Assembly (NCBI RefSeq): GCF_006345805.1
Contig: NC_042998.1
Span: forward strand, 149,420,001-149,484,000
DNA: 64,000 bases
Origin: Octopus sinensis
Taxonomy: Eukaryota
Reading direction: 5' to 3'
Notes under the pieces: model-generated
What the model saw: the letters and a program-made list of their open reading frames with translations, nothing else
The model's database searches: none
Told to the model about the DNA's origin: nothing
Shown here: positions 51,607 to 63,810 of the stretch, piece after piece
How the letters are laid out: every line of letters starts with the position of its first letter
Numbering within the stretch: position 1 is the first letter of the stretch
Position numbers and translations under genes: made by a program

Positions 51607-53050
51607 TCTCTTATTATAAAAGGCAGATTTTATCTGCCTCCCTTTGGGAGTTATAGAAATCTACAATATAGGATTTCTTCAATTACAATTTACCTAGCAT
51701 TTTTAAGAGTAGAATGCATCGGGTCATGCCAGGTCCAGTTTTTAAAATTTAAACTCCAATTAAGCAAAATTTACAGAAAACTCACATTCTGGTGTTTATG
51801 TCAAATGCTTTTCTTAGTCTGGTTTACAGCACACGCAAACGCACACACACAGTGTGCAACGAATAAAATGAAAGTAAATAGCGACAGAGTGATTTGAGGA
51901 AGACTAAACTGAAAGTATTTAACCACTACTCAAAAATAAAAAAACACAGCAACAGAAACAAATAAATACATAACGATTTACTCCTCACACAATTTCTTCA
52001 ATTAGAATTTACCTAAGGTTTTTCAAAAAGTACTCCATTCGCTCATGCCATAATATATTTCTTTCAATTTCACCCCCAATTAGACAAAATTCGAGAAAAA
52101 CTCAATATTTTAACATTTCACTCCGAAAGCATTGATGTACATGTGTACGTGCGTGAGTGTGTGTGTGTGTGTGTGTGTGTGTTTGATGGGTTGTGCGACA
52201 CAGAAAGTGGGGTGTGTAAGTGAAGTGCTTTTGTTAGTGTGTGTAAAGAGACAGACAGAGTGAAAGACAGAAATAACTGAAGTTTTCACTATGATATCAT
52301 CACGTGCGAAAAAATTCGAAGGGTTTTGAACAATTGAGATACAGATGTCACGCCTTTATTGAAACCATTGCTAAGCTGCTGTAATTGCTTAATTAAGACT
52401 TTGTTTAAATTGAAAGGGGCAAATATGTGACGAGGTTGAAAAAAAATACCCCAGAAAAAAAAATGTACTGCTGGTATTTATATAATTCACTACTATTTTG
52501 CTACAATGTCATGAAAAAGAAAAAATTTAGGTATGTAAATCGAATTCGCCACCCCCTTTTCCCCGTTCGCGTTTGTGTAAAAAAAATTATTATTTAAGTT
52601 TTAAAAATTATTTACTTTGTTCAAAAAATATTAATATTAATTAATTTTCAAGAATTATTTAATTTTATTCTGTAAATAGTAATAATTCATTTATCTGTAA
52701 ATCCGCGAGGTTGTTACTCAGGCACCTAGAATGGTAACCTTCAACTAACACTATCTCCTCCGAGACCCTGCGGCGCAAGTTGACCAAAATTGAGAGTATG
52801 GTAGAAGAAGGGTTGCTCTTCCTTCCGTAGAACATAAAATTCAAATCGGACCATGTTAACACCAAAAATTATTTACATCAAAAAGATGCTTTTTTCTATG
52901 AAAATCCCTATTTTTTACGATTTTTTCACTGCTGTGTCGCCACTTTTCGGTGTATTTCGACCAGAAAAATGTTCACAAAATTTTTACTTTTCAAAATTAC
53001 AATTCCAGCGCGTCGAAACAAACCCGAGCAACGCCAGGCGATACTGCTAG
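51607..53050 (+). mobile_element. Non-autonomous Helitron, ~1.44 kb
   Basis: A|TCTCTTATTATAAAAGGCAG ... cccgagcaacgccagg hairpin + cgatactgCTAG|T; termini homologous to 13697-14075. Confidence 0.85.
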
Positions 53051-53378
53051 TATATATATAAATGCATATATGAGTATATATATATGTATGTGTATATATA
53101 TATGTGTGTGTATGTATACATATATATATATATATGTATGTATATGTATGTATACATATGTATGTATATGTATATATTTATGTATGTAAAGTTATGTGTG
53201 TATATATATATATATATATTTGTGTGTGTGTATATATGTACTATGTATATGTATATATGTATATTTATGTATATATATATATGTATGCATATTTATATAT
53301 ATATATGTATATATGAGTATATAGATGTATATATCTGTGTATGTATGTATGTGTGTATATATATGTGTGTGTGTGCGT

Positions 53379-53424
<46 letters not shown>

Positions 53425-53439
53425 GTGTATGTATATATA

Positions 53440-53745
53440 TAGGAGCACTCCGTCGGTTACGACGACAAAGGTCCCAGCTGATACAATCAACGGAACAGCT
53501 TGCTCGTGAAAATAACGTGCAAGTGTCTGGGCACGCCACACACGTGTACCGTTAACGTAGTTCTTAAGGAGATTCAATGTGACACAGTGTGACAAGACTG
53601 GCCCTTTGAAATAGAGGTACTACTCATTTTTCTCATCTAAGTGGACTGGAGCGATGTGAATTAAAGTATCTTGCTCAAGGTGCCAACGTGTCAGCGGGAA
53701 TTGAACTCACAGCCCTACGATTATGAGCCGTAGGCCCTATCACTA
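53440..53745 (-). mobile_element. SINE family B
   Basis: Homologous to 17048-17340 and 38930-39195. Confidence 0.8.
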
Positions 53746-53919
53746 AGCAAAATATACATGTACATATGTGTGAGTATATATATATATATATGTGTGTGTG
53801 CGTGTGTGTATATATATATATGTGTATATATATATATATATATATCTATACATAGATGTATATGTATATATATGCATATATATGTGTGTGTATATATGTA
53901 TATGTACATATGTATATAT

Positions 53920-54125
53920 GTGTGTGTGTGTATTTGTGTCTGTGTTTGTTCCCTCCACCATCATTTAGAAACCGATGTTGGTGTGTTTACGCCCCCGTAA
54001 CTTATCGGTTCTGCATATGATATGGAGAAAATAAGCACCAGGTTTGCAAAAATGATGTCTAGGGTTCGATTTCTTCATCTGAAAGGTGGTGCTCCAGCAT
54101 GACCACACTCAAATGACATAAAAGA
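53920..54125 (+). mobile_element. SINE family A 3' half
   Basis: ccgatgttggtgtgtttacgcccccgtaactt..ggtggtgctccagcatg blocks. Confidence 0.8.
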
Positions 54126-54235
54126 GTAATACACATATATATATATGTATATATATTATAACATATATATATACAGTGTATATATATATATATGTGTGGT
54201 GTATGTATATATACATACACACACACATATATATA

Positions 54236-54275
<40 letters not shown>

Positions 54276-54463
54276 TATATAATATACATAGAGAGAGAGA
54301 GTGGTTGTATACTGTCAACATCACGTGACAGTCCCGTAAAGGGAATTACATCACCGCTATTTAGCCCTAGAAAGCATCGACGCTTCCTGTCAGCTTTGAC
54401 ACATTTCCTGTGTCCTTATATTTGCGAAGGGGAGATAAGCACTCCCACCAGCTGGGACTAGCA

Positions 54464-54509
54464 CCTAGAGACATGCATGTTTCTGAGTCTTGCTCGTCAT
54501 CAGCCTAGG
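54464..54509 (-). ncRNA. Type I hammerhead, canonical core, GUC site, inside a 14-bp IR-bounded cassette (54417-54557)
   Basis: cctagg-CUGAUGA-cGAG caaga CUCa-GAA-ACAUGCAUGU-C-ucuagg; C-A mismatch at the base of stem II; IR tatatttgcgaagg/ccttcgcaaatata. Confidence 0.8.
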
Positions 54510-54614
54510 GTAGCAAGTCTTGCTAGCTGAGGTGCCTGTCAAGCCTTCGCAAATATATGTATTTACAGTGAAATCTATTCACTGGTCACCGAAATTAGAA
54601 ATATTGAAATATTG

Positions 54615-54825
54615 AAGATCGTAAGATTGTGGTTTCGATTCCTACCGGGCGACGCGTTGTGTTCTTGGGCAAAACACTTGATTTCATGTTGCTCCAGTCC
54701 ACTCAGCTGGCAAAAATAAGTAACGGTGCGATGGACTGGCGTCCCGTCCAGCTGGGGAACACATACGCCATTGAAACCGGGAAACCGGGCACATGAGCCT
54801 GCCTAGGCTTTAAAAGGGCCCGTTT
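54615..54825 (+). mobile_element. SINE family B
   Basis: gatcgtaagattgtggtttcgattcc..actcagctggcaaaaataagt..gatggactggcgtcccgtccag; homologous to 6065-6310. Confidence 0.85.
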
Positions 54826-54829
54826 ATTT

Positions 54830-55050
54830 TTTATATGTGATCGCGTGTGTTCCGTTGGCGATTTTTTTCCTCCGTCTTCCCTTCTTTGGATCTTTCCTTT
54901 TCCTATGTTTCTGACGAAGAGCTCCGCTCGAAACGTTAAACCCTCCTTCTTTCCTTCTTTCCTGAGCGTCCAATAATACTATACTTGTTCCACGTCCTCG
55001 CGTTGTTGTGTTTTCTCTTTGTGTTTTCATGTTTGGATTAACTGTATATA
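54830..55050 (+). ncRNA. Short element with minimal canonical HHR (54907-54941)
   Basis: gttt-CUGACGA-A-GAGC ucc GCUC-GAA-ACGU-U-aaac; palindromic stem III; ends at (TA)n. Confidence 0.75.
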
Positions 55051-55159
55051 TATATACACACGCAAATTCACGCATAAACAGATGTGTTGCTCCTCCAAAT
55101 GCATTTATTCGCTGACCTTTACTATGAGGTCAAATCAAAAATATAAGCGTAATAGCAGC

Positions 55160-55255
55160 ACCTGCAACCTATGCACCATAGAGACCGGATCGACCTTGAG
55201 CACCGGATCGACCGTGAGGACCGGATCAACCTTGGGAACCGGATTCACCTTGAAG
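55160..55255. repeat. GC-rich 9/18-bp minisatellite; minus strand reads Gly-X-Y
   Basis: accggatcgaccttgagc-type unit x4; ACC at exact 9-nt spacing nine times, 55175-55249. Confidence 0.85.
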
Positions 55256-55489
55256 CTTGATATCTTTTAAACAGAGGCCAAATACCTACATACAAGAGAA
55301 ACGTTTTGACTGAAGCGTAAAAAATATCACTTCTCTACCTTAAAATCCTCAACCCTGCACCCAATATTACACCCTATACTGACAAACTGAATCCTGTGTT
55401 TTCTGTTATATCTTCTCTATTATGTGTTTCATATTGACGTATATATGATTGTGTGTGTATCTACTTCAGTGTCAGATTAAGGGCCATAG

Positions 55490-56277
55490 ATGCTCTAAGC
55501 ACTAAGTTTGCTTCCCAACCACATGGTTCCGTGTTCAGTTCCACAGCGTGGCACCTTGGGCAGATGTCATCTACTATAGCCTCGAACCGACCAAACTCTT
55601 GTGAGTGGATTTGGTAGGTAGAAATTGAGATGTGTATATATATATAAGTATATATATCTATGTGTGTATCTGTGTGCGTCTTTGTATCTGTGTTTGTCAC
55701 CAACCACCGCATTACAACCGGTGTTGGCTTGTTTACGTCCCCGTAACTTAGCAGTTCGGCATAAGAAGCCGATAGAATAAGTACCAGTCTTAAAATAAAA
55801 ATAAGGACTGTGGTCGATTTGTTCGACTAAAATTCTTCAAAGCGGTGCCCCAGCATGGCCGCAGTCTAATTATAATACATATTTCACATTATTCATATTT
55901 GAAATGTTTTAGTCAAGTTTTTTTAATTGTAAAGTTTTTGATCAGATTCTCGAAATTATTCTTATGTAACATACCTGCTTCTATACTAAGGCGTCCCAAT
56001 GTTGTTTTAACAAGTTAAATGTGATTCATTTGTGCGGTAAACCAGTTACAATTTCTGTGGTGACCCAACCCCCACCCCTTTGCCAGTTTAAGCAATATTC
56101 GAAGTGAATTCTTACAATAGCACAGGGTAAGAGAGCACCTTTGATGCCACTCTAACGTCTAAAACCGAAAAATTTTACGCAAAGTTTCACTTCCAGTTTT
56201 GCGGAACCTGGCGTTGGTACAGAAACAATTGCAAGTAATCATTAAAGATGTGTTAAAGTATTTTTTCCTTATTTGGA

Positions 56278-56320
<43 letters not shown>

Positions 56321-56507
56321 GAGAGAGAGAGAGAGAAATGGAGAGGCACAGGAGCGGCTGTGTGGTAAGTACCTTGCTTACCAACCACATGGTTTCACGT
56401 TCAGTCCCACTGCGTGGCACCTTGGGCAAGTGTCTTCTACTATAGCCTCGGGCTGACCAAAGTCTTGTGAGTGGATTTGGTAGACGGAAACCGAAAGAAG
56501 CCCGTCG

Positions 56508-56555
<48 letters not shown>

Positions 56556-57013
56556 GTTCCCCCAACATCGCTTGACAACCGATGCTGGTTTGTTTACGTC
56601 CCCGTAACTTAACAGTTCGGCAAAATAGACAATAGAATAAGTCCCGGGGTCGATTTGCTCGACTAAAGGCGGTGCTCTAGCATAGCCACAGTCAAATGAC
56701 TGAAACAAGTAAAAGAGCAAAATAGTATATAGGTACAGGCATGGCTGTGTCTGTGGTAAGACACTTGGTTCCCAACCTATGGTCCCGGGTTCAATCCTAC
56801 TCCGTGGCTCCTAGATAAATGTCTAATATTACTTCGGGCCGATGAAATCCTTGCGAATGGATAGAATAAGTACTAGACTTACAAAGAATGAGTCCTGGAG
56901 TCGATTTCTTCTACTAAAACCCATTTAGGTGGTGCTCCACCATAGCCGCAGGCTAATGACTAAAACGTGTAAAAGAAGAAAAGAATAAGAGAATATATTT
57001 GGTGTGTGTGTGT

Positions 57014-57047
<34 letters not shown>

Positions 57048-57221
57048 GCCTTATGTTCATTGTTATGTTTCTGCGTTATAATTCCACGTTTTCTCTTTAT
57101 GCTGCTATATATGGTATATTCATATAAATTCGTTATCTGTTATTTTGAAATGCACTTACAAGTCTTGATATCGATATCTTTATATATCTGATATAACTAT
57201 ATATTAATATATTTGTTAATG

Positions 57222-57262
<41 letters not shown>

Positions 57263-57955
57263 TTTATATGTGTGTTTGCGCGTGCGCGTATTTCTATGCG
57301 TGTGTGCATTTATGTGTATGCTTACGTCCTCGTATTACAGTGGTTCGGCAAAAGAGTCTGACAGAATAAGTGTCAGGTTTAAAAAACTATAGTACTGGGG
57401 TTCATTCGTTCGACTAAAATTCTCGAATGCGCTGCCCCAGCATGGCCGCAGTTTAATGAATGAGGCAAGTAAAAAATAAAAGTTATATAGGCTCAAGATT
57501 AGCTGTATGATAAGAAGCTTCATTCCCAACTTCATGGTTCCGATTTCAGACCTATTGCATGGTAACTTGGGCAAGTGTCTTCTACTATATCTTCGTCCCT
57601 TGGGACTGAATTTGGTAAGACGGAAACTGAAAGAAGCTAATCGTATATTTATAGATGTCTGTGTGCGTGCGTGTATATATGCTTGCGTGTGTGTGTGTAT
57701 GTGTGTGTGTGTGCGTGTGTGCGTGTGTGTGTGTGAGTGTGTGTGTGTAGAGAGAGATGCTTGCTCCCACCACCGCTTGACAACAGGTATTGGTGTGTTT
57801 AAGTACCAATAAATTAGCGGGTCGGCGAAACAGACCGATAGAATAAGTACCAAGCTTTAGAAAGAATTCCTTCTGGAGTCGATTCATCTGACAAAAATTC
57901 TTCCAAGCAGTGCATCAGCACAGCCGCAGTGTGATGATTGAATCGACAAAAAGAA
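55490..57955 (+). mobile_element. Cluster of same-orientation SINE family A copies (~55490-55870, 56345-56720, 56735-56990, 57330-57480, 57495-57955)
   Basis: Repeated family A head and tail blocks separated by microsatellites and some unique sequence. Confidence 0.85.
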
Positions 57956-58011
57956 AGTAACATATATGTATATGTAATAATAATAATAATGATAATGATA
58001 ATAATAATAAC

Positions 58012-58074
<63 letters not shown>

Positions 58075-58078
<4 letters not shown>

Positions 58079-61023
58079 AAGGAAACGGGTTGAATCTCCC
58101 CATGTCCTGATTAATGATACATCTAGTGATGATGTCACAATAAAAATACTGGTAACTGCGCAACCTGATAATCGCTACTTTATACGAGTGACAATGAAAG
58201 AACAAAATATTGTGAATAACGGTGGTAATGAAACTGAAGCCATTGATGGTGACAGTTTTGCACCCAGAAGACTCGGAGATTGAACCAAGAAACGAAAAAT
58301 GTCAATGAAATTCTGAAATACATCAGAACAAACAACGTCAGAGAAACAAATAATTTGGTGAAGGCAGCAAGTATTGTTGTAGCAGAAAACATGGGTGTTG
58401 ATGTCAAGAAAAAGAAATATAATAGGAGTGACAAAAGAAAAGATCCAAGGTGGAAAGGAAGAATATAGGCAGGGTTAGATATGCTTTCGAAGGACATTTC
58501 TGTGTTAGACTGAAAAGAAAAAGGGGAGCTTAAAAGCGAACAAAAATACAGGGCGCTGAAAAGGAAGTATAATATTGAAATAAAGGACCTGAAAGTGGAA
58601 ATGGAGGAACTGAAACAGCACCTCGTTGCAAAGAAAGCAAAGATGGAAAGATACGACCAAAGAATGAAGGGTTACCAGCAGAATAGGTTGTTCAGAGTAG
58701 ATCAGAAGAGAATCTATAAAGAAAGAAATGGAGAGTGTACAGATAAAAAGTTGATACCAGATAACAATGAAAGCCAAAGGTTTTGGAGTGACATATGGAG
58801 CAAAGACAAGGAGCACAAGAAGGATGCTGAATGGTTGCAAGAACTGAAACAAAGAGCAGTCTGTCCAAAACAGGCAGAACTAGTCATTTCAGTTGGAGAA
58901 GTGAAGGAAATCAGCAAAAAATTAGCAGTTGGAAGGCCCCGAGACCAGATGGAGTTCAAGGCTACTAGATCAAAAGATTTGGTGAATGTCATGCACGAAT
59001 AGCTGCGCAATTCAACATCAGAGTGGTTGACATTGGGTAGGACAGTGCTGTACTTGTAAAACATCGAAAAAGGCAATACGGTAGACAATTACAGGCCGAT
59101 ATCCTATTTACCACTTATGTGGAAATTATTGACTGGAATACTCGCAGAGTCAATGAACGAACATCTGGAAAAATATGGAGTCCTGCCACACGAGCAGAAG
59201 AGTTACAAGCATAAGTGCAGAGGTACTAACACCTGATAGACAAAACTGTACTTAGAGACTGCAAGAGGAGGGGAAATAACTTAGCCACGTCACGGATCAA
59301 GTATCGTAAGGTGTACGGTATTATCCCCACATTCTTGGATTATGGAATGTATGAACATATATGGTATTGCATCGAATGTTGAGCGATTGCTTGGGAAAAG
59401 TATGTCGAGTTGGATGACGGACCTGACAGCATAAGGAAGAAGTTTAGGGACAGTAGAAATCAGGAGGGGCAACTTCTGAGGGGACTGTCTGTCCCCACTG
59501 ATCTTTGTACTGTGCGTGATACCACTAACACTGATTCTGAGGAAAGAAAATGCTGGATATGTATTCAAAAGCCGCCAACAAAAAGGCAACCATTTGTTAT
59601 TCATGGATGACCTCAAACTTTATGGTAAAGTTAAAGCCCAAGTCAGTTCCCTCGTTATACAGTGTATACTTTCAGTGCTGATATCAGAAAGTAGTTCGTA
59701 CTGAGAAAGTGTGGTGTGTTAGCCTTGAAGAGAGGCAAAAGCAATTGCATGGACAGGCTAACGATACTGTCGGGAGAGGTTATGAAGCAGATAGAAGAGA
59801 TGGGCTATAAGTACTTGGGAAATGACAAAACAATTTAAGGTGGATTACTGAGACTGATCCTTGAGTCGAAATTAAACGGACGAAATAAGATGGAAGCTAT
59901 CAACACCTGGGCGGTTTCACTCCTTAGATATAGAACAGGTGTAATCGCATGGACAGTAAATGAACTAAACAGCTTAGACAGAAAGACAAGGAAGTTGCTA
60001 ACTAGATATGGGACATTCCACCCAAAAAGTGACACAGACAGACTGTATGTACCAAGAAAAAAGATGGGGGAAGGGGACTTATTGGATGCGAACACAGCAT
60101 TAGAGCAGAAGAAAACAACATAGCATGGTATAAAAAATGCCACAGAACCGCTATTATTAGAAGTAAGAAGGTCAGTCTTGTGTAGGATAAAAGAATGCAA
60201 AGATAAAGCACTGTACATGCAATTGAAAACGAATGAAACTAAAAATAAGTGGGTAAAAAAGAATGCATGGGTAATTTCATAGGGATGTTGAAGACAGAGA
60301 AAAAAGATGACTGTGGATGACTAAAAGTAATTTAAAACTGGAAACAGAGGCTTTAATCTGTGCTGCCTAAGAGCAAGCATTAAGAACAAACTACATCAAA
60401 TACAGAATAGAGAACATAGCAGAAAGTGATAAGTGCAAAATGGTGAAACTGTATGGCATATTACCAGCCAATGTATGCCACTATCCCAGAAGGAATATAA
60501 GAGATGCCACGACAATATAGCAAGGCTTGTCTATTGGACACTTTGCAACAAGTATGGACTTGACAGGGCAAAAAATTGTTACGGCCACAAACCCGAAGGT
60601 ATCATCGAAAATGATAATGCAAAGATCGTGTGTAGGATTGTATGATTCAGTGAGACAATAAGGTAGAGAATAGGAAATCAGACATAGATATAGCATGCCC
60701 AGCTGACAAGATATGCGATAAGGAAGAAAGAAAAGTTGATAGATATGACAGGTTAGATTGGGAAGTTAAGCAGTTGTCGATGAAAAAGTGGTAGTAGTAC
60801 CAATAATAGTCGGAGCCCTGGGAACAGTGAATAAAAATCTTGATGAGTACATGGAATAAATAGGGGCTGCAATGAGGGTGGAGCACTTGCAGAAAACAGC
60901 ACTGCTTGGAACCGCTCGAGTACTCCGGAAGGTGCTCGAAAAATAAGAGGTGTTACCTTAGTTCACTGGTAGTGAACAGCTGACACCGTAGTACATCTCC
61001 AGCGTTAGAAGCTTTGCAAAGGC

Positions 61024-61024
<1 letters not shown>
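58075..61024 (+). mobile_element. R4/Dong-type non-LTR retrotransposon, decayed, between (TAA)n tracts (57975-58075, 61025-61205)
   Basis: [85 protein letters not shown]-like motifs; many stops. Confidence 0.92.
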
Positions 61025-61094
<70 letters not shown>

Positions 61095-61280
61095 TAATAT
61101 GATAATAATAATAATAATAACAATAACAATAACTATAACAATAACAATAACAATAATAATAATAATAATAATATTAAATAATAATAATAATAATAATACT
61201 ATAATAAGTGACAACAAAAGCATGAGACCTCGATATTAGATAAATAGAGAATTATTTATATAAGTTATAATTTAGAACAA

Positions 61281-61568
61281 ACAGTAAGTTGTCAGTATAG
61301 TGCTCGGAGTTCGCACGTCGGAGCGAAGAGCTACGATGCATTCTCGTCATCTATCAATGGCAATTGACGCTATGAAAAACCGTTGAATAAAAGGTAAGTT
61401 TCTTTAATACGTAGAAAAAGAAAAAATACCCGTAACCATATACTCACAATACATAGACATAAACCTCCTGCTTTCATAACTCTAACTACGTACACACTCG
61501 CACAAACATGTATATGTACACATGCCATACATACACACACACACACCACACACACACACAACACAACA

Positions 61569-61623
<55 letters not shown>

Positions 61624-61999
61624 CATATTTAAGTCTGTATGTATATGTCTAACGCAACTTCATCCTCATATACATATAGGTTGTTGCATGCATACCCGTA
61701 TATCATATATATATATATATATATATATATCATTCTCCTATTACACAGCTAGACCTGCACATATACAAACATATACATATCTGTATAAATGAAGGGGACG
61801 TTATGAACGCAGGAGATTTATGTTTCTTGCATGTAATTTTTCACATTTTTCTTTTCTCTTTTTCTACCTATTAGAGTAACTTCCCTTTTATTCAACGGTT
61901 TTTTTATAGCGTTTATTGCCATTAATAGCAGACCAGAATGCATCGTAGCTCTTCGATCCGACATTCGAAACTCCGAGTACTATAACTACAACTTACTGT
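61281..61999. mobile_element. Fold-back element with ~145-bp inverted arms, each with a decayed HHR
   Basis: ~61281-61425 versus reverse complement of ~61853-61999; HHR remnants 61297-61354 (-) and 61925-61983 (+); spacer is mostly microsatellite. Confidence 0.8.
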
Positions 62000-62029
62000 C
62001 ATGATTGACCGCTAGCTCCAAAAGTTTTT

Positions 62030-62185
62030 TTTATTCACTCTCTTTTTATCTACTCGTGTTATTTTCTGTTGAAGAGCGCAGGCTCGAAACGTAAAAGACT
62101 TTCTCACCTTCCCGAGCGCTAAACTAATATACCCGTTTGTTGTTTATACACTTGTTTCGTCTTTATTTTCTGTAATTTCAAACTA
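62030..62185 (+). ncRNA. Truncated PLE terminal-repeat copy with HHR (62062-62097), A6U core
   Basis: tttt-CUGUUGA-A-GAGC gcag GCUC-GAA-ACGU-A-aaag; downstream cccgagcg.taaactaata..ccgtttgttgttta matches the 45142 copy. Confidence 0.75.
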
Positions 62186-62203
62186 CATATACACACACAC
62201 CAC

Positions 62204-62236
<33 letters not shown>

Positions 62237-62246
62237 ATCTATATAT

Positions 62247-62274
62247 CTAGATGGCAGTCCGTTTCGAACGGACT
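62247..62274 (-). other. Hairpin plus CTAG, possible Helitron 3' terminus
   Basis: agtccgtt-tcg-aacggact 8-bp stem 5 nt from CTAG; next base on minus is A, not the usual T. Confidence 0.35.
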
Positions 62275-62562
62275 CCTACTGCGATTTTTTTACCCCAAAA
62301 GGACTTCTTCTTCTCTAGCTGGTTAACGATGCACAGCATCCGATAAAATTGCGAGCAGGGATGAATCGTTAACCAGCAAGAGGAGATGTCATCTCGGGTT
62401 AAAAAATGGCAGTAGAGTTCGCTTGAATTGACAGCCATTTTGAAATGGCTACGAATATTATTGCCAATACAACTGCGTTGATCACTTAGAGAGATTTTAG
62501 AACTAGCATTTTTGCTTTTACATATACATATATATCTCTGTTTGTGTGTACACATATATATG

Positions 62563-62608
<46 letters not shown>

Positions 62609-62644
62609 ATATCTATATATATATATATATAATATACATACATA

Positions 62645-62881
62645 TATTTTTTTTTTTCTTTTACTTACTTCAGTCATTTGACTGCAGCCATGCTGTAGCA
62701 CTACCTACAGTCAGAACAAATCGATCCTAGGACTTATGCTTTGTAAGCCTTTTGCCGAACCGCTAAATACGCGAACGTGAAAACACTAACATCGGTTGGC
62801 TAGTAGGATTGGAGGGGGGCAAACAAGCACACAAATACATTCATATATATATATATATATTATATATATATATATATATAT

Positions 62882-62912
<31 letters not shown>

Positions 62913-63215
62913 CTATATATATAGATATATATATAATATAATATATATATATATATACTTAAAATATATGATATATATAATATATAATATATATATATAC
63001 ATACATACATACATACATACATACATACATACATACATACATACATTACATACATACATACATACGACGGCTTCTTTCATTTTCGTCTACCAAATCCACT
63101 AACAAGGCTTTTGGTTGGCCCGAGGCTATAGCAGAATACACTTGCCAAAGTGATATTCAGAGACTGAACCGGGAACCATATGGTTAGGAATCAAGCTTCT
63201 CACCCACAGACACTC
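62645..63215 (-). mobile_element. SINE family A with ~240-bp expanded internal microsatellite
   Basis: Family A blocks flank (TA)n/(TACA)n at ~62820-63063. Confidence 0.85.
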
Positions 63216-63222
63216 CTATAAA

Positions 63223-63326
<104 letters not shown>

Positions 63327-63765
63327 TATGTCTATACATATAGATAGATAGATATGATACAGATATGGATATACATATACATTCATCGACATATGCTGGG
63401 AGATACAGAGAGAATGAAAAGACAAAGAAAAGAGGAGAAAAAGAAAGTATATGGCCATTGTGTGTATGGCGAAGAGAAGAAGCAGAAGAGAGAGATAGAG
63501 AGGTAGAGACAGAGAGAGAAAGTGGGAGAGAGAGAGGAGAAGGGAGAGAGAGAGACTAAGGAGTGGAAGCACATACAACTGGTTGTCTCCCTTGAGGCTT
63601 CAATGCAGCAGCTAGTTGTGGAGATTAACAAGTTTGTGCTAACATATTTACTGCATGGGGCATTGGAAAAAATAACGAGATAAAAATATATCAAAAGAGA
63701 GAAAAAAAATCCTATCACGCTTATGACTAATAATCTTTTCATTTTTTTTCGTTAAGTACGAGAGA

Positions 63766-63810
63766 AACTCGGGGCGTGTTTCGGTTTTATTATGACGTCA
63801 TCAGCGAATT
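63766..63810 (-). ncRNA. Decayed hammerhead motif
   Basis: aattcg-CUGAUGA-cgu..acc-GAAA-cacgccc-cgagtt: core and 6-bp stem I intact, stem II base and U16.1 mutated. Confidence 0.5.

Noticed and set aside
55184-55255. CRISPR-like array
   Set aside because: Contiguous 18-bp units with no unique spacers, eukaryotic context; it is a minisatellite.
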